The notes: generated from the sequence alone by a model not told the origin. DNA of 57,798 nucleotides from Patescibacteria group bacterium (GCA_041742135.1 JBGSJG010000004.1:111975-169772), one strand, 5' to 3'; positions 1 to 9,327 are shown, numbered from the stretch's first letter. Numbers and translations are program-made.

Positions 1-647
1 TTTTTGCAAATTTCATTTTCAGTAAAGTAAACAAAGTAATCGTTTTGGCCTTGGAATTTAGTTATGTTCGCTTTTGCCGCCCAGTAGTTTTCAAAATTGC
101 CGTGATAATTTAAATGCTCCTCGTAAATCGGCAAGAGTACTGCAATGTGGGGCGAAAAGTGCGTATCCATAAGCTGATAGCTTGAAAGCTCCATTACGAA
201 AACTGTCGAAGATGTGGCGTTTTCGAGATAGTCCAACGCAGGCTTTCCCACGTTTCCGATAAGCCGTACATCTGGTTTAAGTAACCCCAAGATGTGAGCA
301 ATCAGAGAAGAAGTCGTACTTTTGCCTTTTGTGCCAGTGATGCCGATGACAGTACCGGGGCAGGCTTCAAAAAAAATATTTGTAAGCGTAGTTAAGTGCT
401 TTGCTTTACTAAAAATCTCATCTGGGGGGATGCCGGGGGATTTAATTACGGTATCAAAACCCTCAATGTCAGACAAATATGAATTTTCAGAAAACGTTTT
501 GTATTTTAAACCGGAAAGTGCTTCACGATTCTTGTCCGCAATGGCGATGTTCACATCTTTGTAATTTTTTTCAAGGTAGCCAAGCACGCTTTTGCCTTCG
601 CGGCCATAGCCTACAATTAAAATATTTTTGCCACGAATTTCACTCAT
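1..647 (-). CDS. murD: UDP-N-acetylmuramoylalanine--glutamate ligase (MurD family), N-terminal part; runs off the left edge
   Basis: My own translation from ATG 647-645 gives MSEIRGKNILIVGYGREGKS...IKSPGIPP...GITGTKGKSTTS (Mur-ligase P-loop)...ELSSYQL...EEHLNYHG. It is absent from the ORF track because no stop lies inside the window. Confidence 0.85.
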   Translation of the reverse strand, partial: MSEIRGKNILIVGYGREGKSVLGYLEKNYKDVNIAIADKNREALSGLKYKTFSENSYLSDIEGFDTVIKSPGIPPDEIFSKAKHLTTLTNIFFEACPGTVIGITGTKGKSTTSSLIAHILGLLKPDVRLIGNVGKPALDYLENATSSTVFVMELSSYQLMDTHFSPHIAVLLPIYEEHLNYHGNFENYWAAKANITKFQGQNDYFVYFTENEICK

Positions 648-1920
648 ATTGCAATTGTTTCATTTTGTTTCGCAGTATAGCCTCGTAAGATTCGGGGAGA
701 AAATGATTTGTATCCCAGTCGTTCTTGATTTTTTGTAGTAACATTCGGTCTTTCGGGTTTTCGATTAGCTTTAGAGCCATTTTACTTTCTTCTTCGCTCC
801 CTACGCAGTCTAATGGTTTATGAGTACCTTCGCCAGTTAGATCTTTGATGTATTGTTTGATTTTTCCGTTTTCAAAATAATCTTTGTCGCCAAAGATTCT
901 TTTTCGTCTGTTTTCGTCTACGATGGCACTAAAAACTAAGTACACAAATGCGCATTTGGCGCACTCACCACACCAATATGCATTTCTTGAAACATTACAG
1001 CTGTTAAAAGCTTTGTCGAATTTTTCGCTCAAGGCAAAAAGAGCAGCAATTTGGAGCTCGCCCAATGGGCGCACGAAACTAAAATAATTAATATGTCTTG
1101 AGAGATACTTGCTGGAATATTCTCTAAAGTCTTTTTCGTACTCAAATGATTTTGAATATTGGTGATTCACGGTTAGCCCTTGGTAGCTTAGGTTTGCCTC
1201 GCCGGCGCTACTTTCGTTGGAAACAATAACGTTTTTATATCCATGTAAGTGTGCCACTAAAGTGCCGACAAACGAAAGATAAGCCGAAAAAGGCGTGTGT
1301 CCATTTAAATATCCCTGTTCATTTAACTGAAGTAGCAGTGGATCTATTTCTCGGGTTACGAGTATCTTAGTTTGGTTTCCAGCAATTTCTGCAATGCTCA
1401 AAGCAGCAACTGTGGGGTTAATCATCAGTAGAGTACTTGATGGCAAAAGGTCCGCCGTTACAGCAGAATCTTTACCGCCCCCAATAAGTACTAATTCGCC
1501 GGTCGCATCTGAATCGTCTGATATTTCATATTGTTTTGGCGACCGCGATTCAATAGATAAAAGCGATTTTTGGGTAATGTCAATTTTGTTAACATAAAAA
1601 AATTCTCCCAAACCATGCAGGTAAATATTTTTCCACCAACTAATCTGATCAGCAGTTAGGTGCCCAGCTTTGATGACTATTGTGGGGGAGCATACTGCTT
1701 TCCAGTAACTTATTAATTCAATCAAGCCGAGATTGAAAACAAAAACATCCAAGTTGGCAAGCGCTTTTTCTCCGAGTGGCACGGTAGTTTTGGGGTAAAA
1801 ATCGAGGTCTGGCTCAGCATGGAAGTGAAACTCAATTTCAAGCTCTGGTCCCGATATTTTGTATTTAAAATTTTCGTAAACGAAAACAGGGTGCTTTTGC
1901 CGAAGTTGATTAAAATCCAT
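640..1920 (-). CDS. PP-loop (adenine nucleotide alpha-hydrolase-like) ATPase; candidate MurL-type glutamate epimerase partner of the MurD-like ligase
   Basis: LIGGGKDS is a variant of the SGGxDS PP-loop. The C-terminal WCGECAKC cysteine cluster resembles QueC-type enzymes. The stop overlaps the downstream murD-like start by 8 nt. Confidence 0.55.
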   Translation of the reverse strand: MDFNQLRQKHPVFVYENFKYKISGPELEIEFHFHAEPDLDFYPKTTVPLGEKALANLDVFVFNLGLIELISYWKAVCSPTIVIKAGHLTADQISWWKNIYLHGLGEFFYVNKIDITQKSLLSIESRSPKQYEISDDSDATGELVLIGGGKDSAVTADLLPSSTLLMINPTVAALSIAEIAGNQTKILVTREIDPLLLQLNEQGYLNGHTPFSAYLSFVGTLVAHLHGYKNVIVSNESSAGEANLSYQGLTVNHQYSKSFEYEKDFREYSSKYLSRHINYFSFVRPLGELQIAALFALSEKFDKAFNSCNVSRNAYWCGECAKCAFVYLVFSAIVDENRRKRIFGDKDYFENGKIKQYIKDLTGEGTHKPLDCVGSEEESKMALKLIENPKDRMLLQKIKNDWDTNHFLPESYEAILRNKMKQLQYE

Positions 1921-1954
1921 TGACTATATTATACCGCTTAGGCTAAACTTCGCC

Positions 1955-3457
1955 ATGCGTTATAGCTCAAAAGTCGTTGAGCGGTTAGTAAACCAGTATA
2001 AAGAAATCTCACTTCTTGGTAAAGTCAGTGCACTTTTAGGATGGGATTTGAATGTTAATCTTCCCTCGCGTGCTTCTGAAACTCGTGCGAGCCAGGAAGC
2101 ATTTATTACTAAATTAATTTCCCAGAGATGGAAGAGTGAAGCGTTTAAGGCTGATTTAGCTTCAGCAAACAAGCTTAAAAACTTAAACCCGCACGAATTG
2201 GCAATAATTAGAAACTTAAATCATTCGGCTAAGTTTTATCACAAAGTTCCAGAAGAGTTGATTGTCGAGTTTTCTGAAGCTTCATCGAGGGCTTTTGTGG
2301 CTTGGAGAAGCGCTCGGGAAAAGTCAGATTTTAGTATTTTTGCTCCGCATTTGTCTAAGCTCGTCGAAATTAATAAGCTTATAGCTGGCCACATTGGATA
2401 CAAGAAAAATCCATATGACGCGCTTTTGGATATGTATGAGCCGGGGTTGACAGCGAAGGAGTGCACACAGATCTTTGCAGGGCTAACAGAGGGAATAGGC
2501 GATTTACTCAAGTCAATCAAAAAATCTAAAACGTATAAAACCCAGAAGAGTTCGGAGGATCAAGAATTCCCAGTTGAGAGCCAGAAACAAATTGCCAACT
2601 TTGTTTTAAATAAAATTGGCTACGATTTTAATTCCGGGAGGATGGATGTTTCGGCTCATCCTTTTACGACTGAGCTCGGCGCACACGATATTCGGATTAC
2701 CAATCGATACAGTCCGCACAATTTTATTGAATCCATAATGGTCGCAATGCACGAAGGCGGCCACGCGCTTTATGAGCAGGGTGTGGACGAGGAATTTGTA
2801 AACACACCGCTTGAAGGAGGAGTGTCGCTTGGAATCCATGAATCTCAGTCTAGATTTTGGGAAAACCAAGTTGGCAGAAGTGAAGAGTTTGTTGATTATA
2901 TTGCTGCAACTCTTAAAGCATTTTACCCGGCACAGCTGGCCCATGACGACGCAAGATCGATGTATCTAAAATTTAATGCAGTCCGGCCGAGTTTGATCCG
3001 TGTGGAAGCGGACGAAGTTACTTATAACCTGCACATTGCCTTGCGATTCGAACTTGAAGAGGCATTAATTAATGGAAAAATCAAGGTTGACGATTTGCCG
3101 AAAATTTGGAACGCCAAAATGAAAAAATTCTTGGGAGTCGTTCCAAGTAGTGATGCCGAAGGGGTTTTGCAAGATGTGCATTGGTCGTACGGAAGCTTTG
3201 GTTATTTTCCAACTTATACGTTGGGCAACTTGTATGCTGCACAGTTTACGCATTTTATGAAGAAAGAAATTGATGCCCCCAGCGCGATAAAATCAGGAAA
3301 CCTTGGCATAATTTTGTCGTGGCTTCGGGAAAATATTCACAAGCATGGTAGTTACTATTGGCCGAATGAGTTATGTAAAAGAGTCACCAAAAAAGGGCTA
3401 GACCCAAAATACTTCTTGGACTATTTGAGCCAAAAATACGCGGCTTTGTACGTTTAA
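1955..3457 (+). CDS. Carboxypeptidase Taq (M32) metallopeptidase
   Basis: 500 aa with HEGGHALYEQG (HExxH), HESQSRFWEN and DVHWS motifs typical of family M32. Confidence 0.9.
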   Translation: MRYSSKVVERLVNQYKEISLLGKVSALLGWDLNVNLPSRASETRASQEAFITKLISQRWKSEAFKADLASANKLKNLNPHELAIIRNLNHSAKFYHKVPEELIVEFSEASSRAFVAWRSAREKSDFSIFAPHLSKLVEINKLIAGHIGYKKNPYDALLDMYEPGLTAKECTQIFAGLTEGIGDLLKSIKKSKTYKTQKSSEDQEFPVESQKQIANFVLNKIGYDFNSGRMDVSAHPFTTELGAHDIRITNRYSPHNFIESIMVAMHEGGHALYEQGVDEEFVNTPLEGGVSLGIHESQSRFWENQVGRSEEFVDYIAATLKAFYPAQLAHDDARSMYLKFNAVRPSLIRVEADEVTYNLHIALRFELEEALINGKIKVDDLPKIWNAKMKKFLGVVPSSDAEGVLQDVHWSYGSFGYFPTYTLGNLYAAQFTHFMKKEIDAPSAIKSGNLGIILSWLRENIHKHGSYYWPNELCKRVTKKGLDPKYFLDYLSQKYAALYV

Positions 3458-3498
3458 TTATTGACTAGGCGTGATTTGGTTTGTATAGTGAGTAACGT

Positions 3499-3819
3499 AT
3501 GGCAACAGTGAACATTAATGATGCGGATTTTGCTTCGAAGGTTCTTGGCGCTGATAAACCAGTCTTGGTTGATTTTTGGGCTCCTTGGTGTGGGCCTTGC
3601 CGAATGGCAGAGCCAGTTATGGAGGAATTATCTGAAGAATACAAAGACAAGATTGACATAGTGAAGCTTAACGTCGACGAAAATCAGGATAACCCAATCA
3701 AATATGGAGTAATGTCTATTCCTACCACTATTTTATTTAAGGGCGGACAGGAGATTGGCAGACAGGTTGGCTTTGCAGGGAAAAAAGGTTTTGAAGATTT
3801 GATTAAAAAAGGAATTTAA
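3499..3819 (+). CDS. trxA: Thioredoxin
   Basis: 106 aa with the WAPWCGPC active site. Confidence 0.95.
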   Translation: MATVNINDADFASKVLGADKPVLVDFWAPWCGPCRMAEPVMEELSEEYKDKIDIVKLNVDENQDNPIKYGVMSIPTTILFKGGQEIGRQVGFAGKKGFEDLIKKGI

Positions 3820-3842
3820 AATTTAAAGGGAGGTGATTTAAT

Positions 3843-4187
3843 TTGGGAGATAATAATGCAAACGATATGACTGCAAGCACAACAATGGGTACGCCTGTGG
3901 CGACTGACCCTTCAGTAATGGGAGGTGCGCCTACAATGACTCCTAACCCTACACCGGTGGTAGAAGATATGCCGGGATCAGCAGTAACTGGAGCAACAGC
4001 ACCTACACCTATGCCAACTGCGCCAGCTATGGGTGTGGACACCGCTCCGACGATGGGAACAACAGCACCAGCTGCAGTTGATCCATCGGCTATGCCAGGG
4101 AGTGCCTTGCCAACAACGCCAATGGCAGAAACCCCAGTAGTTTCAACTGAAACACCGGGAGATGCTAGTGGAACAGGGGGATTGTAA
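3843..4187 (+). CDS. Met/Pro/Thr/Ala-rich low-complexity protein between trxA and trxB
   Basis: TTG start 6 nt after a strong GGGAGGTGA Shine-Dalgarno (3828-3836). The stop abuts the trxB ATG (TAATAATG). There is no recognisable domain, and Met recurs in MG/MP/MT contexts. Confidence 0.55.
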   Translation: MGDNNANDMTASTTMGTPVATDPSVMGGAPTMTPNPTPVVEDMPGSAVTGATAPTPMPTAPAMGVDTAPTMGTTAPAAVDPSAMPGSALPTTPMAETPVVSTETPGDASGTGGL

Positions 4188-4189
4188 TA

Positions 4190-5161
4190 ATGAACCAGAA
4201 ATTTTTCGATAGACCGCAAGCGGGGCAGCCTTGGGATGTTGCAATAATTGGTTCAGGCCCCGCTGCGTTTACAGCTTCTATTTATACTACTCGTGGAGCA
4301 GCTTCAACTTTAATTTTTTCCGGAGCAAACTGGGGAGGGCAGTTAATGCTTACAACCGATGTTGATAATTTCCCCGGCTTTCCCGAAGGAATTCAGGGCC
4401 CCGAGCTTATGGCAAAAATGCGCTCTCAAGCTGAGAGATTTAACGCTGAAATTATCAATGAAGAGGTAACTAGTGTTGACTTTTCGGCTAAGCCTTTCAA
4501 ATTAACATCAGATTCGGGAGAATACTTGGCGAACTCTGTAATTATCGCTACAGGCTCTGCTACGCGTTGGCTAGGTGTACCCGGCGAAGAAAAGCTACGT
4601 GGACGAGGAGTGTCTTCTTGTGCGCCGTGTGATGCACCATTTTTTAAAGATAAAAAAGTAGTTGTAGTGGGAGGAGGAGACTCCGCGATGGAGGAAGCAT
4701 TGGTATTAACCAAATATGCTTCTGAAGTAACAATCATTCATAGGCGCGATGCCTTTAAGGCTTCGCAAGCAATGCAAAAGCGTGTTATGGAAAACTCCAA
4801 AATTAAAGTCATCTGGAACTCGGAAGTTACTGAATTTAAAGGTGAAGATAGCCTACAAAAAGTTGCAATCAAAAATACGGATGGGACTACTTCTGAAGTT
4901 GAGGCACAAGGGGCTTTCGTAGCAATTGGCCACATACCCATGAGTGAAATCCTTAAAGACCAAATTGAGCTTGACGAAAAAGGTTATGTCAAAAAGATTC
5001 CATCAGAAAAGTTTCAGATGTCAACCAACCGCGACGGCGTTTTTGTGGCTGGGGACATTCATGATCACCACTATCGCCAAGCAATAACGGCTGCGGCATT
5101 TGGCTGCATGGCCGGCATGGAAGCGCTTAGTTATATGGATAAAGAAGCACCGTCTTGGTGA
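4190..5161 (+). CDS. trxB: Thioredoxin-disulfide reductase
   Basis: GSGPAAFTASIYTTRG FAD motif, CAPC redox centre, GGGDSAMEEA NADPH motif. Ends with TGA. Confidence 0.95.
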   Translation: MNQKFFDRPQAGQPWDVAIIGSGPAAFTASIYTTRGAASTLIFSGANWGGQLMLTTDVDNFPGFPEGIQGPELMAKMRSQAERFNAEIINEEVTSVDFSAKPFKLTSDSGEYLANSVIIATGSATRWLGVPGEEKLRGRGVSSCAPCDAPFFKDKKVVVVGGGDSAMEEALVLTKYASEVTIIHRRDAFKASQAMQKRVMENSKIKVIWNSEVTEFKGEDSLQKVAIKNTDGTTSEVEAQGAFVAIGHIPMSEILKDQIELDEKGYVKKIPSEKFQMSTNRDGVFVAGDIHDHHYRQAITAAAFGCMAGMEALSYMDKEAPSW

Positions 5162-5253
5162 GATGCTTGAGTATCCTTGCCCCGTGGCGAGCAAAGCGAG
5201 CTTTACGGGGTAGACAAACAGCCGCCAACCTATTAAAATAACGTCTACGCTAA

Positions 5254-6000
5254 ATGGCAAAAGAACAAGGTGGATTTTACGAAAAAGTAGCTCCAATTTT
5301 ACTAGTTGTTGTTGTTGGTTTGGCTTTTGCAGTAGGAGTTTTATGGCAAAAAGTGAGTGACCTTTCAAAAGGTGGCACAGCTAACCCAACTGCAGTTAAT
5401 AATGCTAATAATCAGGTTGCTCAAGGCCCTACAAGTGGCAAATTGGATGAGGCAGCAGCAGCCAAGCTTCCAAAAGCTACCGCAGAGGATCATATTGATG
5501 GGTCGCTCGATGCAGATGTTATTTTGATTGAATACTCAGATTTTGAATGTCCATTTTGCGCAAGTTTTCATCCTACAGCAAAGCAAGCAGTCGCTGATTA
5601 CGGTGGCAAGCTGGCCGTGGTTTACAGGCATTTTCCACTGGATTCAATCCACCCTAAGGCTCGCCCTGCAGCAGTTGCGTCGGAGTGTATATTTGAGCTT
5701 TCTGGCAAAGACGCCTTCTGGAAATTTGCAGACACTGTGTTTGGAGATAAGACTAAACTTACCGATTTGTCGGCAACGGCAGTTGGTCTTGGTGTAAACA
5801 AGGCAGCTTTTGACTCGTGTGTTACTTCCAAGAAACATGACGCAAAAGTGGAAGCTCAGTACCAAGGTGGAATTACTGCTGGCGTGAATGGAACCCCCGG
5901 TAACTTTGTAGTTAACAAAAAAGGGGAAGTATGGCTACTCCCCGGTGCGGTGCCTCTGGAAATGCTCAAGAGCACAATTGACGAAGCTCTTGCAAGTTAA
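5254..6000 (+). CDS. Membrane-anchored DsbA-family thiol:disulfide oxidoreductase
   Basis: N-terminal TM helix (ILLVVVVGLAFAVGVLW), CPFC active site and DsbA-like length. Confidence 0.85.
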   Translation: MAKEQGGFYEKVAPILLVVVVGLAFAVGVLWQKVSDLSKGGTANPTAVNNANNQVAQGPTSGKLDEAAAAKLPKATAEDHIDGSLDADVILIEYSDFECPFCASFHPTAKQAVADYGGKLAVVYRHFPLDSIHPKARPAAVASECIFELSGKDAFWKFADTVFGDKTKLTDLSATAVGLGVNKAAFDSCVTSKKHDAKVEAQYQGGITAGVNGTPGNFVVNKKGEVWLLPGAVPLEMLKSTIDEALAS

Positions 6001-6528
6001 CTATCTTCCCAAGTTTTCAAGAATCTTATAAGCTACTACTGCCGCAGTTCCCCAAACATTAAGTGATTTATTAATTCCAAACATAGGAAGCTCAACTATT
6101 GTGTCGGCTCTATCTAGTACTTCTTTTGAAACCCCGTCTGTTTCGTGGCCAATAACAATTGCCACAGGAAAAGGGGAGACCAAGTCTTTATAGCTAATTG
6201 AGCGCTTGTTTTGCTCTACAGCTACAACATTTACCCCATCTTCTTGGAGTTTTTTAATTACATCTGCGGCGCTGTCTTGTTTTTCCCAAGGAGTCCAGTT
6301 TTCCGTTCCCACAGCGGCTTTATGGATCCGCGAATTTGGAGGAAACTCAGATTCGCCACAAATGAAAACTTTCTCGGCAGAAACGGCATCCGCGAGGCGG
6401 AAAAGGGAGCCAATGTTGTACGTATCCCAGACGTTGTCGAGCACGAGATAAATTGGATTTCTTTTTATGTTTTTGATTTCTTCAGGCGTTGGTTCTGACG
6501 CCCTAAGCTCTTTTGAATTTAACTTCAT
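6001..6528 (-). CDS. SpoU/TrmH-family RNA 2'-O-methyltransferase
   Basis: IVIGHETDGVS and LNVWGTAAVVAYK motifs of the SPOUT class. Confidence 0.85.
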   Translation of the reverse strand: MKLNSKELRASEPTPEEIKNIKRNPIYLVLDNVWDTYNIGSLFRLADAVSAEKVFICGESEFPPNSRIHKAAVGTENWTPWEKQDSAADVIKKLQEDGVNVVAVEQNKRSISYKDLVSPFPVAIVIGHETDGVSKEVLDRADTIVELPMFGINKSLNVWGTAAVVAYKILENLGR

Positions 6529-6569
6529 AACGTATTTTACACGAATTTACGCTATTTTTACCTATTGTT

Positions 6570-7709
6570 TTATGCAAGAGAAATCAGTGCCGGAGGAACT
6601 GGCAAATCGGCGCGTGTTGGAATGTATGCCCTTTTTGCTGTTGGTTTTTGGACACGTCTTGCGATTTCGTGGATTATTTTTCGCATAAGTTTTTTTGATT
6701 CCAATTCATTTTCTTTTATTGCCAAGTTCCAATCCAATCCCGGCCCGGTGTTCGCTTCTAGCAAATACACATTTCCGTTGTTACTTATTATAAAGTCCAG
6801 CGCGAATAGCGAAGTCTTTTTGTTTAATATCTCTGAGATGTTTTTCGCCATCAATAAGACCTTTTTGGGAACGCTAGTTTTTGGGATATAAGTCAAAAGT
6901 CCGCCTTCGTGTTCATTGCATTTATAATCACCTTTTTTGGCAACTCGCGTGTAAGTTTGGATGATCTTATTATCCAGATATATTAATCTTATATCGGTGG
7001 GAGCTGGAACGTTTTGGTTGCTAAAGCCTTTGTCAAAATTAACAAACGGCTGCAGGACAAAAGAGATTTTTTTGTTGGTCTTTACAATATTCGCAATTTT
7101 CGAAATCTCGTGCGAATTAAATTTATAAATCCTAAGGCCGCCTGCGCCAAACCTGTCTTTTAATATTACTTCAGGCGAAAAATCACTTTTTTGAGAGTGG
7201 TGGGCGATTTTTTTCGCTAAGATATTCGCCGCGTCCATCACGCCCTTTTTGGTGTTTGTAAGTACACTTACTGTGGGAATAGAAAACTTCTTAAATTTGT
7301 CGTAAGTTTTTTGTTTGTCAAAGCAAAGCTCGTATAGATAGGGATTATTAAAAGGCCGAATCTTGTTTGAAGAAAACATCAGCTCGCGTTTGGTTCTCAT
7401 GCCAGCCGTGGTGGGGGAGAATTTGTCGAATATTGTTTTTGAGTATGCTGGGGTTTTAATGCGCGACCAATTGTGGTTTTTTGTAATCCAATAGCTGCCA
7501 ACTCGCCCGGCGCCTGTAATATCTGCTGAAGTTGAAAATGCGGTATTAAGGCCTTTTTTGCGACAGACATCCAAAAAATAACTATAAACTTGGTTGTAAC
7601 TTTCACTTGCCGAGCCGATTTTAAAAGGCGTGATTGAGTTAGCTTTTGCGCTAGTTGCAAGCTTTTCAGAGTAGACGACGATAAGATCAAAGACGGTATT
7701 TTTTTTCAT
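6570..7709 (-). CDS. ATP-grasp domain protein
   Basis: KDRFGAGGLRIY glycine-rich loop, and D..ISNNGNVYLLEANTGPG resembling the ATP-grasp C-terminal motif. Confidence 0.6.
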   Translation of the reverse strand: MKKNTVFDLIVVYSEKLATSAKANSITPFKIGSASESYNQVYSYFLDVCRKKGLNTAFSTSADITGAGRVGSYWITKNHNWSRIKTPAYSKTIFDKFSPTTAGMRTKRELMFSSNKIRPFNNPYLYELCFDKQKTYDKFKKFSIPTVSVLTNTKKGVMDAANILAKKIAHHSQKSDFSPEVILKDRFGAGGLRIYKFNSHEISKIANIVKTNKKISFVLQPFVNFDKGFSNQNVPAPTDIRLIYLDNKIIQTYTRVAKKGDYKCNEHEGGLLTYIPKTSVPKKVLLMAKNISEILNKKTSLFALDFIISNNGNVYLLEANTGPGLDWNLAIKENELESKKLMRKIIHEIARRVQKPTAKRAYIPTRADLPVPPALISLA

Positions 7710-7841
7710 AAAAAGGGCAAAAATTAAAAAACAAAAATCAAGTTAGAAGAATTTCTCCTGCGCAGTTACCTATTATAACATTAATTGAGCTCGAGAGAAG
7801 AATTGCATAAAATCATGCGTGTGTTGATGTAAATTTACTTC

Positions 7842-8399
7842 TTAAATTAAGCTATTGGAGGAGAGCTTTGTAGTGTGGCTTAATGCTACAGAACCAATCT
7901 TGGCTGTTCTTAAAAACATTATTGAATCAGGGGTTGCCACAGTAGAACGTATTGTGGGAATAGGCTCCTTCAGATTAGCTGTTAAAGCAACACCATTTGA
8001 AAAACGCATTTCAAAACCTGTCGTCTTATCGTCACGCTCACTAATACTAGGGCCTATTTCCTTTTTCCAAGTCAACGTGAGACCACCAGGGGCTTGTGGG
8101 TTATCGTTACTGCTTAGTGCCATCATGGCTGGCAGATACCTTTCGGTTGCGAAAGTTCCAAGAACATCGCTGATTGTAGTATTTTCAGGTAGTTGTGCAC
8201 TCTCGCCTCGGTCTAGACTTGGTTTTAGCCCTTTAAGTAGAAGCGCATCACGTTCGTGTGCTTCAGCCATTTCCCTGAAAGTGACACTATTGGGATCTCT
8301 TTCGCGAAGACGCGTAGCCTGTTCCGTGTGGTGAGTCGTAAGTCCATCCAAAAAACTACCAAGCTCTATGTGCTCAGATTCAACTGGTGTTTCACTCAT
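7842..8399 (-). CDS. Hypothetical protein
   Basis: 185-aa ORF with no motif I recognise. Confidence 0.5.
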   Translation of the reverse strand: MSETPVESEHIELGSFLDGLTTHHTEQATRLRERDPNSVTFREMAEAHERDALLLKGLKPSLDRGESAQLPENTTISDVLGTFATERYLPAMMALSSNDNPQAPGGLTLTWKKEIGPSISERDDKTTGFEMRFSNGVALTANLKEPIPTIRSTVATPDSIMFLRTAKIGSVALSHTTKLSSNSLI

Positions 8400-8440
8400 A
8401 CTTCAAATATTTTACCTTATCCGAATATTAAGTCAAACGG

Positions 8441-8635
8441 CTACATTCCAAGAAGCTCGAGGGCTTTATAAACCAGAACTCCGGGCCAGACGAAGGCTTT
8501 GATTATTCCAAGAATGGTTTCACCAGCCGAGCCTGCGTGTTGCAGAAAATAAATTAATGCACCGACAAGCCCAAAGAAATAAACAGTGCCTCCACCAGCT
8601 CCGCCAGATTTATTTTTCCAGTTTTTGATTTTCAT
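8441..8635 (-). CDS. Small two-TM membrane protein
   Basis: 64 aa, a Gly-rich segment followed by two hydrophobic stretches. Confidence 0.45.
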   Translation of the reverse strand: MKIKNWKNKSGGAGGGTVYFFGLVGALIYFLQHAGSAGETILGIIKAFVWPGVLVYKALELLGM

Positions 8636-8660
8636 ACAAATAATATATCACAGAAGTAGG

Positions 8661-8732
8661 TGAGCCCAGGAGGATTCGAACCTCCAACTTACTCCTTAAA
8701 AGGGAGTCACTCTACCATTGAGTTATGGGCCC
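8661..8732 (-). tRNA. tRNA-Lys (anticodon UUU)
   Basis: Manual cloverleaf: acceptor GGGCCCA/TGGGCTC, D stem ACTC/GAGT, anticodon stem ACTCC/GGAGT with loop CTTTTAA, T arm GGAGG-TTCGAAT-CCTCC. Confidence 0.9.
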
Positions 8733-8878
8733 GCGAGCAACGCGAGCGAGCACACATGGTTCTGAGTTTTACTCAGGTTCATATGGGCCATGCTCAAATC
8801 ATCACCAAACGGATTATATTATAAGGGTAAATGTAGTTTTGGACAAATCTCTGTTAAAATAAGGGGCTTTTGCCATAA

Positions 8879-8949
8879 TGCCCGGTCGTCTAATGGTAGG
8901 ACACAAGACTTTGGATCTTGGTATTGGGGTTCGAATCCCTGCCGGGCAG
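8879..8949 (+). tRNA. tRNA-Gln (anticodon UUG)
   Basis: Acceptor TGCCCGG/CCGGGCA (U1:A72), anticodon stem CAAGA/TCTTG with loop CTTTGGA, T loop TTCGAAT. Confidence 0.9.
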
Positions 8950-9302
8950 CAATCCTTCGCCAAGGCTACGGAGTTGCAGGCTATGAACTATTGCTACATC
9001 TTGCTAAGCGACAAATCACACATCTTTTATTTTGGTTCGACTAAAGACATAAAATTAAGACTTAAACAACACAATGGTGGTGAAGTAGTGTCTACTAAAC
9101 CACACATCCCATGGCGGTTGGTTTGGTACTGCGCATTCCCAACATTAAAAGAAGCAAGACAATTTGAACATTACTTAAAAACAGGATCAGGTAAGTCCTT
9201 TGCCTACAAAAGGCTGGTATCAGTAGTCTTGGCGAAAGATTTCGAATCCGGTAGAATAGGTAGTCCGAAGACGAAGTCGTAGGATACCCTGCCGGGCAGC
9301 AA
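8937..9302 (+). mobile_element. Minimal GIY-YIG insertion at the 3' end of tRNA-Gln, bounded by a 16-nt direct repeat
   Basis: ccctgccgggcagcaa occurs at 8937-8952 (tRNA 3' end) and again at 9287-9302. A degenerate ttcgaatcc T-loop fragment lies at 9241-9249. The only cargo is the GIY-YIG ORF. Confidence 0.55.
8983..9282 (+). CDS. GIY-YIG nuclease-superfamily protein (UPF0213/YhbQ-like)
   Basis: MNYCYILLSDKSHIFYFGSTKDIKLRLKQHNGG...PW.LVW...EARQFEHYLK. The ATG at 8983 is chosen because the track ORF start (8878) lies inside tRNA-Gln. Confidence 0.8.
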   Translation: MNYCYILLSDKSHIFYFGSTKDIKLRLKQHNGGEVVSTKPHIPWRLVWYCAFPTLKEARQFEHYLKTGSGKSFAYKRLVSVVLAKDFESGRIGSPKTKS

Positions 9303-9327
9303 AAAGTTCATTTAATAATCTGATTTC

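Noticed and set aside
3803-4219. 138-aa minus-strand ORF opposite the Met-rich ORF
   Set aside because: It has no ribosome-binding site and would overlap the ends of trxA and trxB. The plus-strand ORF has a strong Shine-Dalgarno and operon-compatible junctions.
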